From assembly GCF_964194155.1 (NCBI RefSeq), contig NC_135895.1, positions 89,528,001 through 89,592,000 of the forward strand: DNA of 64,000 nt, written 5' to 3'. The position numbers were made by a program, and so were the translations under genes. Below, piece after piece: positions 62,133 to 64,000 of this stretch; within the stretch, counting starts at the first letter, position 1; each line of letters starts with the position of its first letter. Below the pieces are notes generated by a model, which made no database searches, was not told the DNA's origin, and saw only the letters and a program-made list of their open reading frames with translations. The DNA comes from Cetorhinus maximus (taxonomy: Eukaryota).

Positions 62133-64000
62133 GACATTTACAGCACAGGAGGAGGCCATTCGGCCCATCGTGTCCGTGCCAGTCAACAAATATCTGACTG
62201 CACTAATCCCATTTTCCAGCGCTTGGCCCAAAGCCCTGAAGGTTATGGCAACGCAAGTAGATATTTAAGTGCTTCTTAAATGTTATGAGAGTTTCTGATT
62301 CAACCACCCTTTCAGGCAGAGAGTTCCAGACTCCCACCATCCTCTGGGTGAAGGAATTTCTCAACTCTCCTCTTACTTTTACTTCTTACCGTAAATCTAT
62401 GCCCCCTGGTTATTGACCTCTCTAATGGAAATTGCCGTCCTATCCACCCTATGTCCCTCATAATCTTATATACCTATATCAGATCCCCTCTCAACTTTCG
62501 CTGCTCCAAGGAAGACAACCCCAGCCCAAGCAGCAACCTGGTAAATCTCCTCTGCAACCTGTCCAGTGCAATCATATCCTTCCTATAATGTGGTGACTAT
62601 TCCAGTTGTGGCCTAACCAGTGTTTTATACAGTTTCAGTATAACTTCCCTGCTGCTCTTGTATTCTATGCCTTGGCTAATAAAGGCAAGTATCCCATACA
62701 TCTTCTTAACCACCTTATCTACCTGCTCTGCTACCTACAGGGAACTATGGCTATGCACATCAACATCCTTCTGGCCTTCAGTACTTTTCAGGGTCCTACC
62801 ATTCATATTTTAATCCCTTGCCTTGTTAGCCTTCCCCAATTGCATTACATCACATTTTTCCGGGCTGAATTCCATTTGCCACTGTTCTGCCCACCGGACC
62901 AGCCCATTGATATCCTCCTGCAGTTTACAGCTATCCTCCTCACTATTTACCACCTTACCAATTTTCGTGTAACCCGCGAACTTCTTGATCATGCCCCCTA
63001 CATTTAAGTCCAAATCATTTATGTACACCACAAACAGCAAGGGCCCCAGCACCAAGCCCTGCAGAACCCCACTGGAAAAATGCTTCCAGTCACAGAAACA
63101 TCCCTCTACCATCACCTTCTCAGCCTCCTGCCTCTCAGCCAATTTTGGACCCAACGTGCCACTTTGCCTTGGATCCCATGGGCTCATACTTTCTTGACCA
63201 GTCTGCCATGAGGGACCTTATCAAAACTCTTGCTAAAGTCCAAGTAGACCACATCAAATACATTACCTTCATCAACACTCCTAGTTACCTCCTCAAAAAA
63301 ATTTGATCAAATTTGTCATACATGAACTTCCCATAACAAATCCATGCTGACTATCCCTGATTAATCTATGTCTCTCCAAGTGCAGATATATTCTGTCCCT
63401 CAGAATTCTTTCTAGTAACTTCCCCACCACCGAGGTTAGGCTGACTGGCCTGTAATTTCCTGGTCTATCCCTTCCCCCCTGTTTTAATAATGGGACAACA
63501 TTAGCAGTCCTCCAGTCCTCTGGCACCTCACCTGTGGCCAGAGAGGATTTGAAAATTACTGCCAGGGTCCCTGATATCTCTTCCTTTGCCTCCCTCAACA
63601 GCCTGTGCTGCATCTCACCCGGGCCTGCAGGTTTAACCACTTTTAAGGCCGCTAGTACCTCCTGTCTCTCTATGTTAATTTCCTCTAATATTTCAAAGTC
63701 CTCCACCCTGGTTTCTATATCTGCGTCATCCTTTTCCATTCTGAAGGCCAACGCAAAGTATTCATTGAGGACTGTATCCATGCCTCCTGGGACCACACAC
63801 ACATTACCTCTGTGGTCCCTAATTGGCTCTACTCTTTCCCTAGTTATTCCCCTGCTCTTTATATATTTAAAAAACCCCTTTGGGCTTTCCTTTATTTTAC
63901 CCACAAATGCTTTCACATGCACTCCCTTAGCTTTCCTAATTTTCTTTTTAAGCTCCACCCTGCACTTCTTGTACTCCTCTAGGGACTCTGCCGTATTGAG
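62133..64000 (-). mobile_element. CR1 ORF2 (RT) to 3' end, relatively well preserved, runs off the window
   Basis: VPEDWRTANVVPL.K.GGRD.PGNYRPVSLTSVVGKLLE...SQHGF; SGVLQGLVLGPLLFVVYINDLD...WQMEFSPEKC. Confidence 0.95.

Overview
This is eukaryotic, AT-rich, repeat-dense DNA with one assembly gap (34025-34160). The repeat content (many CR1/HER1-like LINEs, a SacSINE1/DeuSINE-like SINE, Penelope fragments, Harbinger elements) points to a cartilaginous fish, probably a shark; this is an inference, not a database match. I found no intact protein-coding gene. Every ORF with recognisable homology is a decayed transposon fragment (CR1, L2 or RTE reverse transcriptase/endonuclease, Penelope GIY-YIG, Harbinger DDE transposase and Myb/SANT protein). 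The window looks like a large intron or intergenic region. The most interesting items are: (1) a LINE whose 5' end is a tRNA-like SINE head fused directly to an APE endonuclease ORF, together with a SINE built from that head plus a LINE 3' tail; (2) two families of minimal hammerhead ribozymes in Penelope-type repeats; (3) a near full-length two-gene Harbinger with a conserved intron, plus several related MITEs; (4) several nested insertions that order the TE waves; (5) three speculative plus-strand micro-exons. All family names come from recalled consensus motifs and need RepeatMasker/HMM confirmation.
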